This document shows positions 1-10,278 of a DNA stretch of 43,054 nt, piece after piece. The stretch covers positions 1 through 43,054 of the IMG/VR virus record IMGVR_UViG_3300020582_000014; one strand, given 5' to 3'. The DNA is from a virus (taxonomy: Duplodnaviria > Caudoviricetes). The first letter of the stretch is position 1. Every line of letters begins with the position of its first letter. The position numbers and the translations under genes are program-made. The notes below the pieces were generated by a model. That model did not search any database. It was not told where the DNA came from and saw only the letters and a list, made by a program, of their open reading frames with translations.

Positions 1-21
1 GTTCAGCGCGGGACGGCGTCT
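1..21. repeat. Terminal direct repeat, left copy
   Basis: GTTCAGCGCGGGACGGCGTCT vs GTTCAGCACTGGACGGCGTCT at 43034-43054 (19/21). Confidence 0.9.
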
Positions 22-472
22 TGGCCAGCGTCATGTCCTTCGGGGCCATCCTGACGCCGGGGATCGCGGGGTCGCCGGATCGCACCATCGGGTTGACGCC
101 GGGACCGAATGCGCCAGCAAAATTCAAAAGCTCGCCCATCATCGGCGCGGTGTTCGGATCGTTCGCGGCTGGGTCAAACGTCGATGGCATCGGCGTCTCG
201 CCGCTCATCACGCGACCGGGCAACGTGAACGCATGCTTGATCGCGGCCAGCGGGCCCGCGCCGGTCGGGTCAAAATAAACATGACCGGAACTGTCGCGCG
301 AGAATGGCAGCAACGCGCCGTGGTAGACCGGGACCGGGTCTGGCTGCGGCGCCGTGAAGCCAGCCGGTGGCAAGCCGCCGTAAATATTTTCTGCATCCCC
401 GCCCGAAGCAGCCGCAGCCGCCTTCTTCTGCGCGAGCGCGTCTTCGTCGGAAAAAATATTCGGCTCGGCCAT
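1..472 (-). CDS. N-terminal part of an ejection/DNA-transfer protein; continues across the end join into 43054..41976
   Basis: ATG at 472 overlaps the upstream TGA; open to the window edge: MAEPNIFSDEDALAQ...KTPSRAE; not in the ORF track because it has no stop. Confidence 0.8.
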   Translation of the reverse strand, partial: MAEPNIFSDEDALAQKKAAAAASGGDAENIYGGLPPAGFTAPQPDPVPVYHGALLPFSRDSSGHVYFDPTGAGPLAAIKHAFTLPGRVMSGETPMPSTFDPAANDPNTAPMMGELLNFAGAFGPGVNPMVRSGDPAIPGVRMAPKDMTLAKTPSRAE

Positions 473-3165
473 CACTTCACTCCCGACAGACCGGAGCGGC
501 GCTTGGCGCGTTCAATTTCCAACTGCGCGGAGCCCGACCCGAACTTCTGATCGAACTGGTCCCTCGCCGCCTTGTTGTCCTGATTGGCGAGAAGCTTCTT
601 GGTGTAGGCGTCGGCGACGGCGGGATCGGGGTGGATGGGATCGAACGGAACATCGAAAAGTTTTTCGGTTTTGGTGCCACCGAGATATCGGTCCTTCAGG
701 TCTTCGTAGGTGTTGATCCGCTTGTGAACGTCGTCCAACTGGGCATCGAGCAACCTCATTTGCGTCGCCCTTTGCAGTCCGAGATCGGCGCCAATCATGC
801 CCGACGCCACGACGACGTCGCTGTTGGTGACGCGCGTGTCACCCGGCTGGAAGTTTTGCAACGCGTTGCCGACCGTCGATTTGACCGCCGTCAGGAACTG
901 CTCGCTTCGAGCAGCAAGATCGGCGGCGTTCTTGGAGCCGAAGAGCGCCTTTGCCCTTTCCACATTGAGCCTGAACTCTCCGGCAACACCGGACACGACG
1001 CCGCTGTTAAGCGCCTCTTTGGCGATCCTCAACTGCTGCAACGCGTAGGCATCCTTCTCCGCGCCCTTCTTCATCGCGTCGAATTTCGCGACGGCGTCGG
1101 CGGCGGGTAGCCCGGTCTTCGCGCTGATCACGGCAGCATCGGCAGCAGCCGCCGCCTTCGACTGCGCTTCGGTCGTCTGAGCCTGCCCCAGCGGGGAGTT
1201 GCGCTGATCCCACTGCAGAACCTTCTGATCAAACAGCGAGCGATCACTTTCGTACTTCTTCATCGTGATCGCTTCGCGGCGAGCGCGCTCGGCTTCAAGC
1301 GGCGCGATGCGGTCCTGATAGAACTGCCGCATCACCGGGTCCTGCTCTTTCGCCTTCAGGTCTTCGTAGTATTTTTGAGCGTTCGTGCGCGGCTCCGGCG
1401 GCGGCGCGGGCGGCTCGGTCGGCCTGTTGGCGATGGATGGGTCAGTCGGGACAACCGGCGCGGGCGTCATGTTCGGCTGCGGCGCGGGACGCGCGACCGG
1501 GACCGATGGCACGTTCTGCGCCATCTGCGCACCGGGTGCTGGCGCGGGCCCGACAGGCATCGGCGTGACATCGGGCACCACGATAGGCCGGTTGCCCGCC
1601 GCCTCAGGCGGTGAACCAGCCGTCGTCGTCGTCAACATCGATGGCGGCAAGCGCGTCTCGGTCGGTGCGCTCGCCGCTGGAGTAGGGTTTGCTTGCGGCA
1701 CCTCCGGTGCCGGTGCATCGCGCTGCATGATCGCGTTGGTGATGGCGTCACGCATCTGCTGCGTGGTGTCGGTGACGGCGTTGCCGACCCTCGGACTGAC
1801 ACCCGTGATCGGCGGCGCATCGCTCTGAACATCGCCCACGCGGCCAAGCGAGGCCGTGGGCGCGTAGTCGTAACCCTTGTCGCCAACACCCATGCCGGTC
1901 ACGTCGCCCAACAGGCGCGCCTGCGCGGCGTCCTGCGACGTCATCGGAATGGCGCCAGCGCCCGACAGTTCGGCGACGTTCGGTTGCGGGTTCAAGCGGT
2001 CGAACGAGTAGGCCAGCCGGTCGCCTTGCTCGGGCGTGCCGGACATCGCCTGCGACACTTGCTGTGCCTGCGGTGCTTGCAGGCTGGCGGCATATTGCTG
2101 AAGGGCTGCGGCGTTTGCCGTCTGATCTCCGGTTGGGTTGCCAATCTGGTACGGCGCACCGACCCCATTTGGCGCGGGCGCTTGCGGTGGTGGTGCTTGC
2201 GGCTGCTGCTGCGCAAGCGTGGCCGCGACGGCGGCGCGAGGATTGCCACCGACCGGCGTGTTCGGGAGCCCGTAGTAGGACATGATCTTGTTGGCTGCAG
2301 CGGAAGGCGAGGCGTTGGGAGAGACGTTGTTGACAGCGAGATTGCGTGGCGATGCGTTGCCCGTGCCAGCGAGCATCGCCGCTGCGGTGACCGGTCCCTG
2401 CTGATGCGCCAGCGCCAGTTCGGCGAGCGTCGGCGGTCGGCCCAGCTTGTCGGTCAGCGTTGCGATGTTGTCGTTGGTAAAAGCCTGCATCGCCTTCATC
2501 GAGGCTTCGGGATTGGTACGGTTGTCGAAGCCAGGACCGTTGAGGCCATACTGCTGGCCGGTCGAACGCAGAAACTGGAATGGCCCCGCAGCACCGGTCG
2601 GAGACACTTCGGTCGGGCTCCCCGCTTCCTTGGCCGCCATCGTGCCGTAGTATTGGCGCATCGCGGGATCGGGCTCCATCCGGGAGATCACGTCCTTCAT
2701 GTAGGGCGGCGCCGTGAACGCAGGTACAGCGGTCGGCTGGCCCGGAGCCTCAGGCGCAACGACGCTCGGGGCAACCGGAGGCGGCGCAGGTTGCTGCGGT
2801 TGTTCGCTTGTCTCCGACGGCGTCAGCGAGGCCACTTTGGCTGGCGGTTCGCTGTCTGGCGTCTCGGTGTCGTCACTGGCGAGCGGCCCCGTCGTCGCCG
2901 GAAGCGAGGCGCCCGTCGCGGCAGCGTCTCCGGCTCGCTGCTGTGCCGTTCTGGCGGCAGTGAGCGCAGCCTGCTGCTGCAGCATCATTCGCGCCATGCC
3001 GATGTCGCCGAGACTGTTGCCCAGTGACGCGAGACCCTCGCCGAATGTTTTCGGGTAGGGATTTTTTTTGTTCATGAGTTGCAGCGCAATCTTCTGGCGC
3101 AACTCCATGTCCGCGTAGCTACCCGGATTACTCGCATCGAACATAAATTCGCCGGTTGCCATCAC
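472..3165 (-). CDS. Large ejection (internal virion) protein with lytic transglycosylase (SLT-like) domain
   Basis: KEAG..SPTGAAGPFQF..STGQQYGL...LAHQQG SLT motifs; P/A/Q-rich linkers; position in the ejection module. Confidence 0.8.
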   Translation of the reverse strand: MMATGEFMFDASNPGSYADMELRQKIALQLMNKKNPYPKTFGEGLASLGNSLGDIGMARMMLQQQAALTAARTAQQRAGDAAATGASLPATTGPLASDDTETPDSEPPAKVASLTPSETSEQPQQPAPPPVAPSVVAPEAPGQPTAVPAFTAPPYMKDVISRMEPDPAMRQYYGTMAAKEAGSPTEVSPTGAAGPFQFLRSTGQQYGLNGPGFDNRTNPEASMKAMQAFTNDNIATLTDKLGRPPTLAELALAHQQGPVTAAAMLAGTGNASPRNLAVNNVSPNASPSAAANKIMSYYGLPNTPVGGNPRAAVAATLAQQQPQAPPPQAPAPNGVGAPYQIGNPTGDQTANAAALQQYAASLQAPQAQQVSQAMSGTPEQGDRLAYSFDRLNPQPNVAELSGAGAIPMTSQDAAQARLLGDVTGMGVGDKGYDYAPTASLGRVGDVQSDAPPITGVSPRVGNAVTDTTQQMRDAITNAIMQRDAPAPEVPQANPTPAASAPTETRLPPSMLTTTTAGSPPEAAGNRPIVVPDVTPMPVGPAPAPGAQMAQNVPSVPVARPAPQPNMTPAPVVPTDPSIANRPTEPPAPPPEPRTNAQKYYEDLKAKEQDPVMRQFYQDRIAPLEAERARREAITMKKYESDRSLFDQKVLQWDQRNSPLGQAQTTEAQSKAAAAADAAVISAKTGLPAADAVAKFDAMKKGAEKDAYALQQLRIAKEALNSGVVSGVAGEFRLNVERAKALFGSKNAADLAARSEQFLTAVKSTVGNALQNFQPGDTRVTNSDVVVASGMIGADLGLQRATQMRLLDAQLDDVHKRINTYEDLKDRYLGGTKTEKLFDVPFDPIHPDPAVADAYTKKLLANQDNKAARDQFDQKFGSGSAQLEIERAKRRSGLSGVK

Positions 3166-3443
3166 ACGCCCCCTGCCACCATCTGTGGCTGCTGGTCTTG
3201 CGCTTCTTGCTGTTGCTCAAGCAGCCTGCGGCGCTCGGCATCCTGTGCCGCCTGCTGCAACGCCTGCTGCTGCGCCAGATACTGCATCACGTTGGCATCA
3301 CCCATCGGAGGAGTGTTGAGGGCAGACGTTGCGATTGTTCGCGGCGCGGCGTGCTGGCGCTGCGCCATCATTTGCAACGCGATCCGCTTGCGTAGCGCGG
3401 TCTGTGCCGCGATCTGTTGCATCGTGGGAGGTGCCGCCATCAC
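3162..3443 (-). CDS. Small Q/A-rich internal virion protein
   Basis: Translationally coupled on both sides; LRKRIALQMM motif. Confidence 0.6.
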   Translation of the reverse strand: MMAAPPTMQQIAAQTALRKRIALQMMAQRQHAAPRTIATSALNTPPMGDANVMQYLAQQQALQQAAQDAERRRLLEQQQEAQDQQPQMVAGGV

Positions 3444-4774
3444 GCTGCCCTCAGGATTGAGCCCATGACCTGACCGTGGTCGAGGAATTTGCGGCCACCG
3501 ATGTCAGCGACAGCCTCGGGTTTGAACTTCTCGACGTCCTGCGCCATCGGGCCGATGTGACGCTGCGATGTCGGATCACGCTTGAACGAATAGGCGTAGA
3601 TCGGCAGTTCGTGACGATCACCGTCATTGTCGGCGGCAAACACGGTGGCGATCTTGTCGAGGTCTTCCTTCTCGCGGCGATCCGACATGCCCATGCCGAG
3701 TTTCGCCACGCCGCCCAGCATGCCGAAGATGCCGCCCATCAGCGAATTGTAGTTCTGGCTTTGCTGCTGATAGACGCTCATGTCCTGCGAGAAGCGATTG
3801 TTGATCAGGCCAGAAACGTCGGTGGTCGGAATTTGGTTGTTCGGCGTCGTGACGAAGTTCGGGTTGGTGACCTGCGTGCCAGACAGCAGCGAGGTGATCT
3901 GGTTGATCGGCTGGTTTTGCGCAGCGTACTGCTCATTGAGCCAGTTCGCGCGCGTCTGGTTCTGCGCGCCGTAGACGGTGTTCGCCTGATTAAGTTGCGC
4001 CTGCAGCGCGCTGTTGGTGAAATCGCCTTGGGTCGCGGACTGCTGGAATGCCTGCTGCTGCGCGGCGTTCTGAAACTGCGCCTGCGCGTTCGCGGTCTGC
4101 ATCGCCTGCGCCTGCTGCGCCGTGGCGTTGGTGATCGACTGCATCCACGCGTTATTCTCTTGGTTCGCGAACGGCATCATCGCGTTGTTGTAGGCGGCTG
4201 ATCCGTACTTGATGCCTTGGTCGGCGAGTTGCTGCTGCAGTTGCTGCTTCTGGACATCGAGTTGAGGCTGCATCTGCCCCATCAACGCCTTCTGCACAGA
4301 AGCGAGATCGAAGTCGCTGCCGTAGTTCGACTGGATGTTCGAGGCACCGGCGAGGCCCGACGTATCGAGTTGGGTCTGCTGTCCCGGCACGCTCGCGAGC
4401 GCATTGGGATCGCCCGCCGCAGGGGCGGAGCCGAGATTGACGTTCTGGTTGAGCAGTCCCGGCAGGCGCGCCGACTGAGCGTTCGCCATGCCCGCAAGAT
4501 TAAACTGCGCGCCCTGCATCTGGTCTTGGATCGCCTGCTCTTGCGGCGACAGGGTCTGCGTGGCCGTAAACTCGGGGATGTTGACGTTGAGCCCGGTGTA
4601 GGGATCGTTCCACGTATAGTTGCCGGTCTGATTGTAGGTCAGGTTACCGGTCGGCGTGATCTGGTTCGTATTATTCAAGAACGCGTTGGTGATCGCGGTG
4701 CCGACATTGGTCGACGTCGAGGCGGCAGCGGTATCGACCGGGTTGGGTGCGGCAGGCGGGTCGGGCTTGCTCAT
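3440..4774 (-). CDS. Ejection protein with C-terminal Peptidase_S74-like autocleaving chaperone domain
   Basis: Q/A-rich helical body, GGIFGMLGG hydrophobic helix, then SDRREKEDL...IGPMAQDVE...PEAV. Confidence 0.75.
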   Translation of the reverse strand: MSKPDPPAAPNPVDTAAASTSTNVGTAITNAFLNNTNQITPTGNLTYNQTGNYTWNDPYTGLNVNIPEFTATQTLSPQEQAIQDQMQGAQFNLAGMANAQSARLPGLLNQNVNLGSAPAAGDPNALASVPGQQTQLDTSGLAGASNIQSNYGSDFDLASVQKALMGQMQPQLDVQKQQLQQQLADQGIKYGSAAYNNAMMPFANQENNAWMQSITNATAQQAQAMQTANAQAQFQNAAQQQAFQQSATQGDFTNSALQAQLNQANTVYGAQNQTRANWLNEQYAAQNQPINQITSLLSGTQVTNPNFVTTPNNQIPTTDVSGLINNRFSQDMSVYQQQSQNYNSLMGGIFGMLGGVAKLGMGMSDRREKEDLDKIATVFAADNDGDRHELPIYAYSFKRDPTSQRHIGPMAQDVEKFKPEAVADIGGRKFLDHGQVMGSILRAA

Positions 4775-5109
4775 TGGTTATATTGTCCAAGCGGTGATGG
4801 CGGCTGCTGCGCGGGCATCGTTGGCTGACCGGCGACAGGCGGCGCACCCGGCGGCATGCCGGGGTTTGGCATCAGGTTCGGCGGCACCTGCGGCATCGAG
4901 CCCGCAGGCATCGAGGTGTTGGTGGGCACCGGCTGCAGCGATGGCGATGGCTGCGGGACCGGCGGCGAAGGCGGCTGCGCCTGCATCGGCGGCGCCTGCA
5001 TCGGCGGCGAAGGCTGCTGCTGCGGCAACTGCGCGCGCGGCGGCGGGTTTGCGATGTTCATCAGCGCCTGCGTGATCGCGTCACGCTGCATGTTCTGCTG
5101 GTAATTCAT
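4771..5109 (-). CDS. Small P/Q-rich disordered virion protein
   Basis: QRDAITQALM helix followed by a Pro/Gln low-complexity tail; coupled to next gene. Confidence 0.6.
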   Translation of the reverse strand: MNYQQNMQRDAITQALMNIANPPPRAQLPQQQPSPPMQAPPMQAQPPSPPVPQPSPSLQPVPTNTSMPAGSMPQVPPNLMPNPGMPPGAPPVAGQPTMPAQQPPSPLGQYNQ

Positions 5110-5581
5110 CCGAGTGCTCCAGCGGCTGATGATGTTTGAGCCGCTTGTTGAACCTGTTGTTGCACCAGTCCTCGTAAGTCAGCGTGCAGATCACGCCGTC
5201 GTGGTCACGACCCAGCATGCGCGGCACTTTGATGAAGGTGTAATCGTAGCGTGACAGCATCCACAGCAGACGCTCGTCGCGCGCCGAGTTGCGTTGAAAC
5301 ACCATCTGGCAACCGACCTGCAGGAACGGGTACTCGTACATGCGGCGGATGGTGTCGCGGGTCAGCCAATACTTGCCGGGAAGCGCCGCGCCGCTGATCT
5401 CGATCACTTCCGCCTTGGGGTCGTAGTTGTGATAGACCAGCCCCGCGATGAGATGACCGCCATCATCCATAATGCCGATGGCTTTTGCATTTCGCTCGAA
5501 GCCGCGATCCCGGCACATCGGGATCAGTTGCGCGACGAACTTCGCGACTGCCTCGTTGTGCCCGTAGAGATACAGAACCAT
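5081..5581 (-). CDS. Virion-module GNAT-fold acetyltransferase-like protein
   Basis: Start MVLYLYG coupled to upstream TGA; LIAGLVYHNY...MYEYPFLQVGC pattern typical of podovirus tail-region GNATs. Confidence 0.7.
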   Translation of the reverse strand: MVLYLYGHNEAVAKFVAQLIPMCRDRGFERNAKAIGIMDDGGHLIAGLVYHNYDPKAEVIEISGAALPGKYWLTRDTIRRMYEYPFLQVGCQMVFQRNSARDERLLWMLSRYDYTFIKVPRMLGRDHDGVICTLTYEDWCNNRFNKRLKHHQPLEHSDELPAEHAA

Positions 5582-6117
5582 CAGCCGCTGCCATAATATC
5601 CGTAGGGGTTCACGGCAGGCGGCACGTAGGCAGCCTGCGCCGCCGCGTTCTGCGCCAGTCGTTGCGCGATGGCGGCGCGGCGCGCATCGACGTCGTAGGG
5701 GCCGCCTTGCGACATGGCGGTCAACGCGGCGGGATCGACCTGCCCCAGCGGATCGCCCAGCGTCTGGCTCTGCGGGATGCGGCCTTCGCCGTAAGGACCG
5801 CCGCCCATCGCCGGTAGATTTTGCGAAGGTGGTTGCCACAGCGCGGGCATCCGCAACTGGTTGACCAGATCGGGCGTCACCGCGTGGTTGGCGGCGTTAT
5901 AGGCCGCGACCGCGTCCTCGGACGGCTGGAAGCCGGGAATGTAGGCGGGCGCGAACAGGCCGTTGTCGGCGCCCTTCGGATTGTAGGTGTCGAACAGGTC
6001 TCCCATCGCCGGAGTACCGGCGAGGGCCGCAGCGGCGGCGGCGGTGGCGACCGCGTCTGCGGGTGGCGGCGGCGCCGGGGTTGGCGCGGCGGTGGCGGCG
6101 GCAGATGCGGCGGCCAT
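5581..6117 (-). CDS. Ala/Pro-rich hypothetical virion protein
   Basis: AAGGA RBS; in structural operon; MGDLFDTYNP and RRAAIAQRLAQ motifs. Confidence 0.6.
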   Translation of the reverse strand: MAAASAAATAAPTPAPPPPADAVATAAAAAALAGTPAMGDLFDTYNPKGADNGLFAPAYIPGFQPSEDAVAAYNAANHAVTPDLVNQLRMPALWQPPSQNLPAMGGGPYGEGRIPQSQTLGDPLGQVDPAALTAMSQGGPYDVDARRAAIAQRLAQNAAAQAAYVPPAVNPYGYYGSG

Positions 6118-6128
6118 GGGCTATTCCT

Positions 6129-7769
6129 TCAGACGTTGACGCCGAGACGCTCGAACGTCGCGGCGAGTGAAATGAATTCCACATTCGGCTTGGCGGCCTG
6201 CGCCACCTGCACCTGCAGCACGGGCGCGTGCGAGAAGCCGGTCAGTCCGACCGAGACCCAGCCGGTGTTGCGGACGCCGGGGGCGCCCTTCGATGGCTGA
6301 TCCCACAGCGCCTCGTCCCACAGGCCCTGATCCCAGAGGTCTTCCACACCGGGGTCCTTGCCGGGATTGGGCGGTGTCGTCACCGAGACGACGTAGTCGG
6401 TGCAGGCTGTAATCTGCGGGATGAACGGCTCGGCGATGCCTGCCTGAAACGATGCCCTCGCCTGATGCCAGACGCAGGTCTCGGACGGCGACTGAAACAT
6501 CTCCCAGCCGCCGACCAGCGTGCAGACGTAGGGCACGCCGTCGTCGTAGCCGGTGCGGTCGGCCTGCATGATGTAGCCGTCCTGCGTGCCGAAGAACATG
6601 TCGCCGCGCATGCGGATGAAACAGGTCGCATCCCAGCCGACGAAGCGACACCATGCGCCGGTCGCGGTGTTGACGACGACGCACATGCGGCTCCCGACCG
6701 GACCACCGGGCCACGTCACGAACATGGCGCCGTACTCGTCCCAGCGTTCCATCGTCCACGGCAGGTTCGACTTGGCGAGCACCTGATCGCGCCACGTCCT
6801 GCGGATCGTCATCGTCAGCATCGCGAGTTGCAGTTGCCCAGCGTCCTTGGAGATCGCAGCCGACAACGGACAGACGCCGTCCACGGTCGCGATCAAGAGG
6901 TCGCCGCCGAGAAGCACATGCGCGTTCATGCCCATCGGCTGCGGCACCTGATAGCGGCCCTCCTGCCGCCAGTTCGCGGCGTCGGAGGGATTGGTGCCGG
7001 AAAAAATCAGAACCTCGCCCTGATCGGTGACGAAGCAGCACTTGTCATCGAGCCCGTCGCCCGCATCAATCGTCCACGTGGCGCCGAACAAAAGCTTGCC
7101 GCCCTTGTTGGCTGCGCCCGACAGCGGGATCAGTTGCAACTCGCCACCGATGCTGTCGATGTCGAGGTAGTAGGCGTTCATCGAGCCGCCCTCGATGAAG
7201 AACCATCGATTGGCATACTTCCAGACGTAGGTGAGATTTTTGCCGTTCTCGACCGTGGTCCCCGGCGGTCCCGTGATCAGCGGCACGGGCGGCGTCGGCA
7301 GCGTCGGATCGAGCACCACCCAGTTGGTGCCGTCGTAGCGCAGCGGATAGTCGCCAGCGTCGTTGACCGCGAGCAGATAGTCGCCTGCCATGGTCGCAAG
7401 CTGGCTGGCGCAGTAGTTGCCGCTCGACTGGCCGCTTTGGATCAGCGTCGGGGCGCCGTTGAAGGTCACGTCGTACAGATTGGTCGCGGTGGCGGCGAAC
7501 ATTTTCTGGATGTTGCCGGAAGCATATTCAAACGCCGAAGTCACCATCGGCTCGGGCAGCGTGCACCACCGGATGCAGCCGCCCCGTAGCTGCGCGCCCC
7601 GCATGGTTGGAAACCAGTTGTCCATCACCAGCGCGGCACCGGGGGCCATGTAGGTGTAGTTCTCGCTCTCGATCAGGCCGCGCGTCGGTGCAGGCAATGT
7701 CACAGCCTGCAACTGCTGCGCCATCTGCTGCGGCACGGGCTGGCGGCGGAACGCTTGATGCGTGCTCAT
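6129..7769 (-). CDS. Tail hub/nozzle (P22 gp10-like packaged-DNA stabilisation protein)
   Basis: 546 aa beta-rich protein (start MSTHQAF, ATGA overlap) directly after the adaptor. Confidence 0.7.
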   Translation of the reverse strand: MSTHQAFRRQPVPQQMAQQLQAVTLPAPTRGLIESENYTYMAPGAALVMDNWFPTMRGAQLRGGCIRWCTLPEPMVTSAFEYASGNIQKMFAATATNLYDVTFNGAPTLIQSGQSSGNYCASQLATMAGDYLLAVNDAGDYPLRYDGTNWVVLDPTLPTPPVPLITGPPGTTVENGKNLTYVWKYANRWFFIEGGSMNAYYLDIDSIGGELQLIPLSGAANKGGKLLFGATWTIDAGDGLDDKCCFVTDQGEVLIFSGTNPSDAANWRQEGRYQVPQPMGMNAHVLLGGDLLIATVDGVCPLSAAISKDAGQLQLAMLTMTIRRTWRDQVLAKSNLPWTMERWDEYGAMFVTWPGGPVGSRMCVVVNTATGAWCRFVGWDATCFIRMRGDMFFGTQDGYIMQADRTGYDDGVPYVCTLVGGWEMFQSPSETCVWHQARASFQAGIAEPFIPQITACTDYVVSVTTPPNPGKDPGVEDLWDQGLWDEALWDQPSKGAPGVRNTGWVSVGLTGFSHAPVLQVQVAQAAKPNVEFISLAATFERLGVNV

Positions 7770-8482
7770 GGCAGCGTCGGCACCGGCCACGGATAAGCGA
7801 CACCGATGGTGGTGCTCTGCGACAGCGGCTTGCGTCCAACGATGATCGGCGCGGGGCTGTCGTGGCCCATGATATTGACGAGCGCATCGCCGTAGGTGCC
7901 CATGTCCTCGGCATAGGGCGAGCCCTTGTTCGCCTTCCACTGCCAGATCATGCCCAGCTTGAGGACACGCTCATCGAGCACGAAACTGTCGCCGTCGTTC
8001 AGGAAGCTGTCGCCGTAGCCGCCGCTCGAAAGCGCGATGCAATTCTTTTCCATGTAGCCGAACGTCGCGCTGACGCCGACACCCATCACCGGCCAGAGCC
8101 ACATCTGGCCGCCGACAATCGTCCACTCGCCCCACGCTGAGAAACGGTTCAGCGCGCGGCGCTGTATCCACTCGTTGAGATCGGGCACGAACATCATCGG
8201 TCGCAGCGCCGACGTCGAGCGCCAGACTTCCGCCGTCAGCAGCAGGCGCTTGAAGTCAGCCGGGAGATCGAACTTCTGGGTGACGCCGTCGCCTTGAAAC
8301 ACCTGCAACGCCTTGAACTGGGTCCAGTCGCGCAAGTCGTAGGAGATGCGCTGGGCCATCTCGTTGGCGAGCGCCAGCATCTCCTGCATGGTGCGATTGC
8401 TGGTGATGCCGGAAAACACGGAGGACGGCTGCAGGACGCCTACGTTCGAACAGACGTCCTTGACCACCGTCAGCAGGGTCAT
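7766..8482 (-). CDS. Head-to-tail adaptor (P22 gp4 / T7 gp11-like)
   Basis: MTLLTVVKDVC...LANEMAQ N-terminal helices; FDLPADF; position after capsid. Confidence 0.7.
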   Translation of the reverse strand: MTLLTVVKDVCSNVGVLQPSSVFSGITSNRTMQEMLALANEMAQRISYDLRDWTQFKALQVFQGDGVTQKFDLPADFKRLLLTAEVWRSTSALRPMMFVPDLNEWIQRRALNRFSAWGEWTIVGGQMWLWPVMGVGVSATFGYMEKNCIALSSGGYGDSFLNDGDSFVLDERVLKLGMIWQWKANKGSPYAEDMGTYGDALVNIMGHDSPAPIIVGRKPLSQSTTIGVAYPWPVPTLP

Positions 8483-9174
8483 GCGGCCTTCTCCGGTCGC
8501 GCATCCATCGCCATCCGCATCAACTGCTTGCGCTGGTAGGAGCCATGCGGCGCGTGGCCGGTGTTGGCGGTGATGTACTCGCGCAACTGGTCGAGCGACA
8601 TGCCCTCGAACTCGGCGTCGATCCGGTTCGCCTTGGCGGCCTCAAGGTCTTCCTGCAGCACCGCGTTCTTGGCGCGCAGCGCCTCAAGCTCGGCCTGAAG
8701 CTGAAGGTTGGGCACTCCCTTCATGCTTTCCTCGATGAAGGCCATCGCCGCGTTCTTCAGTTCGCGACCGCCCTGCCCGATGTTCTTCAATTCCTGGCCG
8801 TCGATCCCGGCGAGTTGCTCGACGGTGTAGATGTTGAGCGCACGCATCTCGGCGCGGCGCGCCTCGGTGAGGAACGGCGCGTGCGTCAGCGGCGTGCCAG
8901 CCTTGGTCTGCGCCGATTGCAACTTGAATTGCTGGTATTGCCGCTGGAAGCGTTCAGCGTAGCTGATCTTGACCTGACCTCCGGTGTTGGGATCAACGTC
9001 CCAATGCGACACTGCCGTCGCCGGAAAGATGTTGAAGTCGCGGGCGCCGGGGCGCCGGATTTCGATCACCTCAAGGTCGTCACAGATCAGCCGACCGGCA
9101 GCGACACTCTTGGCCTCGTTCGGCAGCGCGTGATGCTTGAACATCACCAGAAGCTTGTCGTCGGGATTGGGCAT
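8479..9174 (-). CDS. Conserved phage protein with helix-hairpin-helix-like motif
   Basis: NIYTVEQLAGIDGQELKNIGQGGREL followed by a coiled coil. Confidence 0.55.
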   Translation of the reverse strand: MPNPDDKLLVMFKHHALPNEAKSVAAGRLICDDLEVIEIRRPGARDFNIFPATAVSHWDVDPNTGGQVKISYAERFQRQYQQFKLQSAQTKAGTPLTHAPFLTEARRAEMRALNIYTVEQLAGIDGQELKNIGQGGRELKNAAMAFIEESMKGVPNLQLQAELEALRAKNAVLQEDLEAAKANRIDAEFEGMSLDQLREYITANTGHAPHGSYQRKQLMRMAMDARPEKAA

Positions 9175-9190
9175 GCGGATACTCCGTGAG

Positions 9191-9222
9191 AAAAGAAAAA
9201 CGGGCGGGAAAAATCCCGCCCG
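9191..9222 (-). terminator. Rho-independent terminator after capsid gene
   Basis: CGGGCGGGA-AAAA-TCCCGCCCG hairpin followed by a U-tract on the minus strand. Confidence 0.85.
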
Positions 9223-9229
9223 CTTCGGA

Positions 9230-10255
9230 TCAGGCCGCTGGGTTGCTGTCGTAGAACCGCCAGTTGAATAGCGGGTTGACGACGGTCAGTTCACCCATCC
9301 AGCCGATGAACTGGGCAATCGCGTCCTTGTCGATGGGCATCATGCCGTCGCCGTCGAACAGCTTGTCGAAGTTGCGGTTCGGGTGATAGCGAAGCCGGAA
9401 GCTGTCGGTGTTGATGCCGAACGTGGTGTTGCTCGGCATGTTGGAGCCGATGCCGCCATCGAGCACGATCTCGGCGCGCTTGCCGCCGCCGATGTACTCC
9501 AGTGCCGAGAAGCCCAGCTTGCCCAGCGAGGTCTCGTTGGTCTGGCGCTGGATCGCCACGGTGGCCGCATCGTAGGCCGCATAGTGCTCCGGCGACATGA
9601 TCAACAGGTCCGCATAGTCCTTGCCGCGCGAACGATTGGTCATGATGTAGTTGAGCATCGGGCGGATCGTCGCCGCCGTCACCTGCGTGCCCAGTCCCGC
9701 GACCGGGAAAGCAGTGGCGTCGAACGTCGAGGTGCGCCAGATCGCGGCGGTCGAACGGTCGATGCCGCCGTAGATGCCCGCATTGGTGACGATGGGGATC
9801 GCGGTCGCCAAGCCGGTGATCTGCTTGCCGCCGTTTGCGGTGCCGTCGGAGTAGACGCCCGCATCCATCGTGTCTTCCAGCGCACGCTCCGCAGCCGAAA
9901 TATAGCTGTCGTAGACGTCCATCAGTTGCGCCTGACCCTCGTTGTTGAGGATTTCCTGCATCGACAGGATCACAGGCACCACGACCATTTTCGGGTCGTA
10001 GTAGGCGTCGTTGAACAGGTCGATGGCCGGGTTGAGCAGTTGGTCGTAACCCGAATACCACTGCGCAACTTGCTTGCTGATCTGCAAGGTCTGGCGGATG
10101 CGAGGTCCGCTATAGGTGTGCCACATGCCCTTCCTGCGAAGGACCGCAAGCATGGCGTTGTTGTTCGACACAAGGTCTTCGTAGCTGGACGAGCGATCCT
10201 CCAGCGCCATGCTGAGTATCTGCTGATACGCAGCGTTCGTGTTGATGTTGGGCAT
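9230..10255 (-). CDS. Major capsid protein
   Basis: 341 aa; follows scaffold, precedes terminator; YSDGTANGGKQITGL and YGGIDRS motifs. Confidence 0.85.
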   Translation of the reverse strand: MPNINTNAAYQQILSMALEDRSSSYEDLVSNNNAMLAVLRRKGMWHTYSGPRIRQTLQISKQVAQWYSGYDQLLNPAIDLFNDAYYDPKMVVVPVILSMQEILNNEGQAQLMDVYDSYISAAERALEDTMDAGVYSDGTANGGKQITGLATAIPIVTNAGIYGGIDRSTAAIWRTSTFDATAFPVAGLGTQVTAATIRPMLNYIMTNRSRGKDYADLLIMSPEHYAAYDAATVAIQRQTNETSLGKLGFSALEYIGGGKRAEIVLDGGIGSNMPSNTTFGINTDSFRLRYHPNRNFDKLFDGDGMMPIDKDAIAQFIGWMGELTVVNPLFNWRFYDSNPAA

Positions 10256-10278
10256 GACTGCTCCACAGGGTCAGAGGG

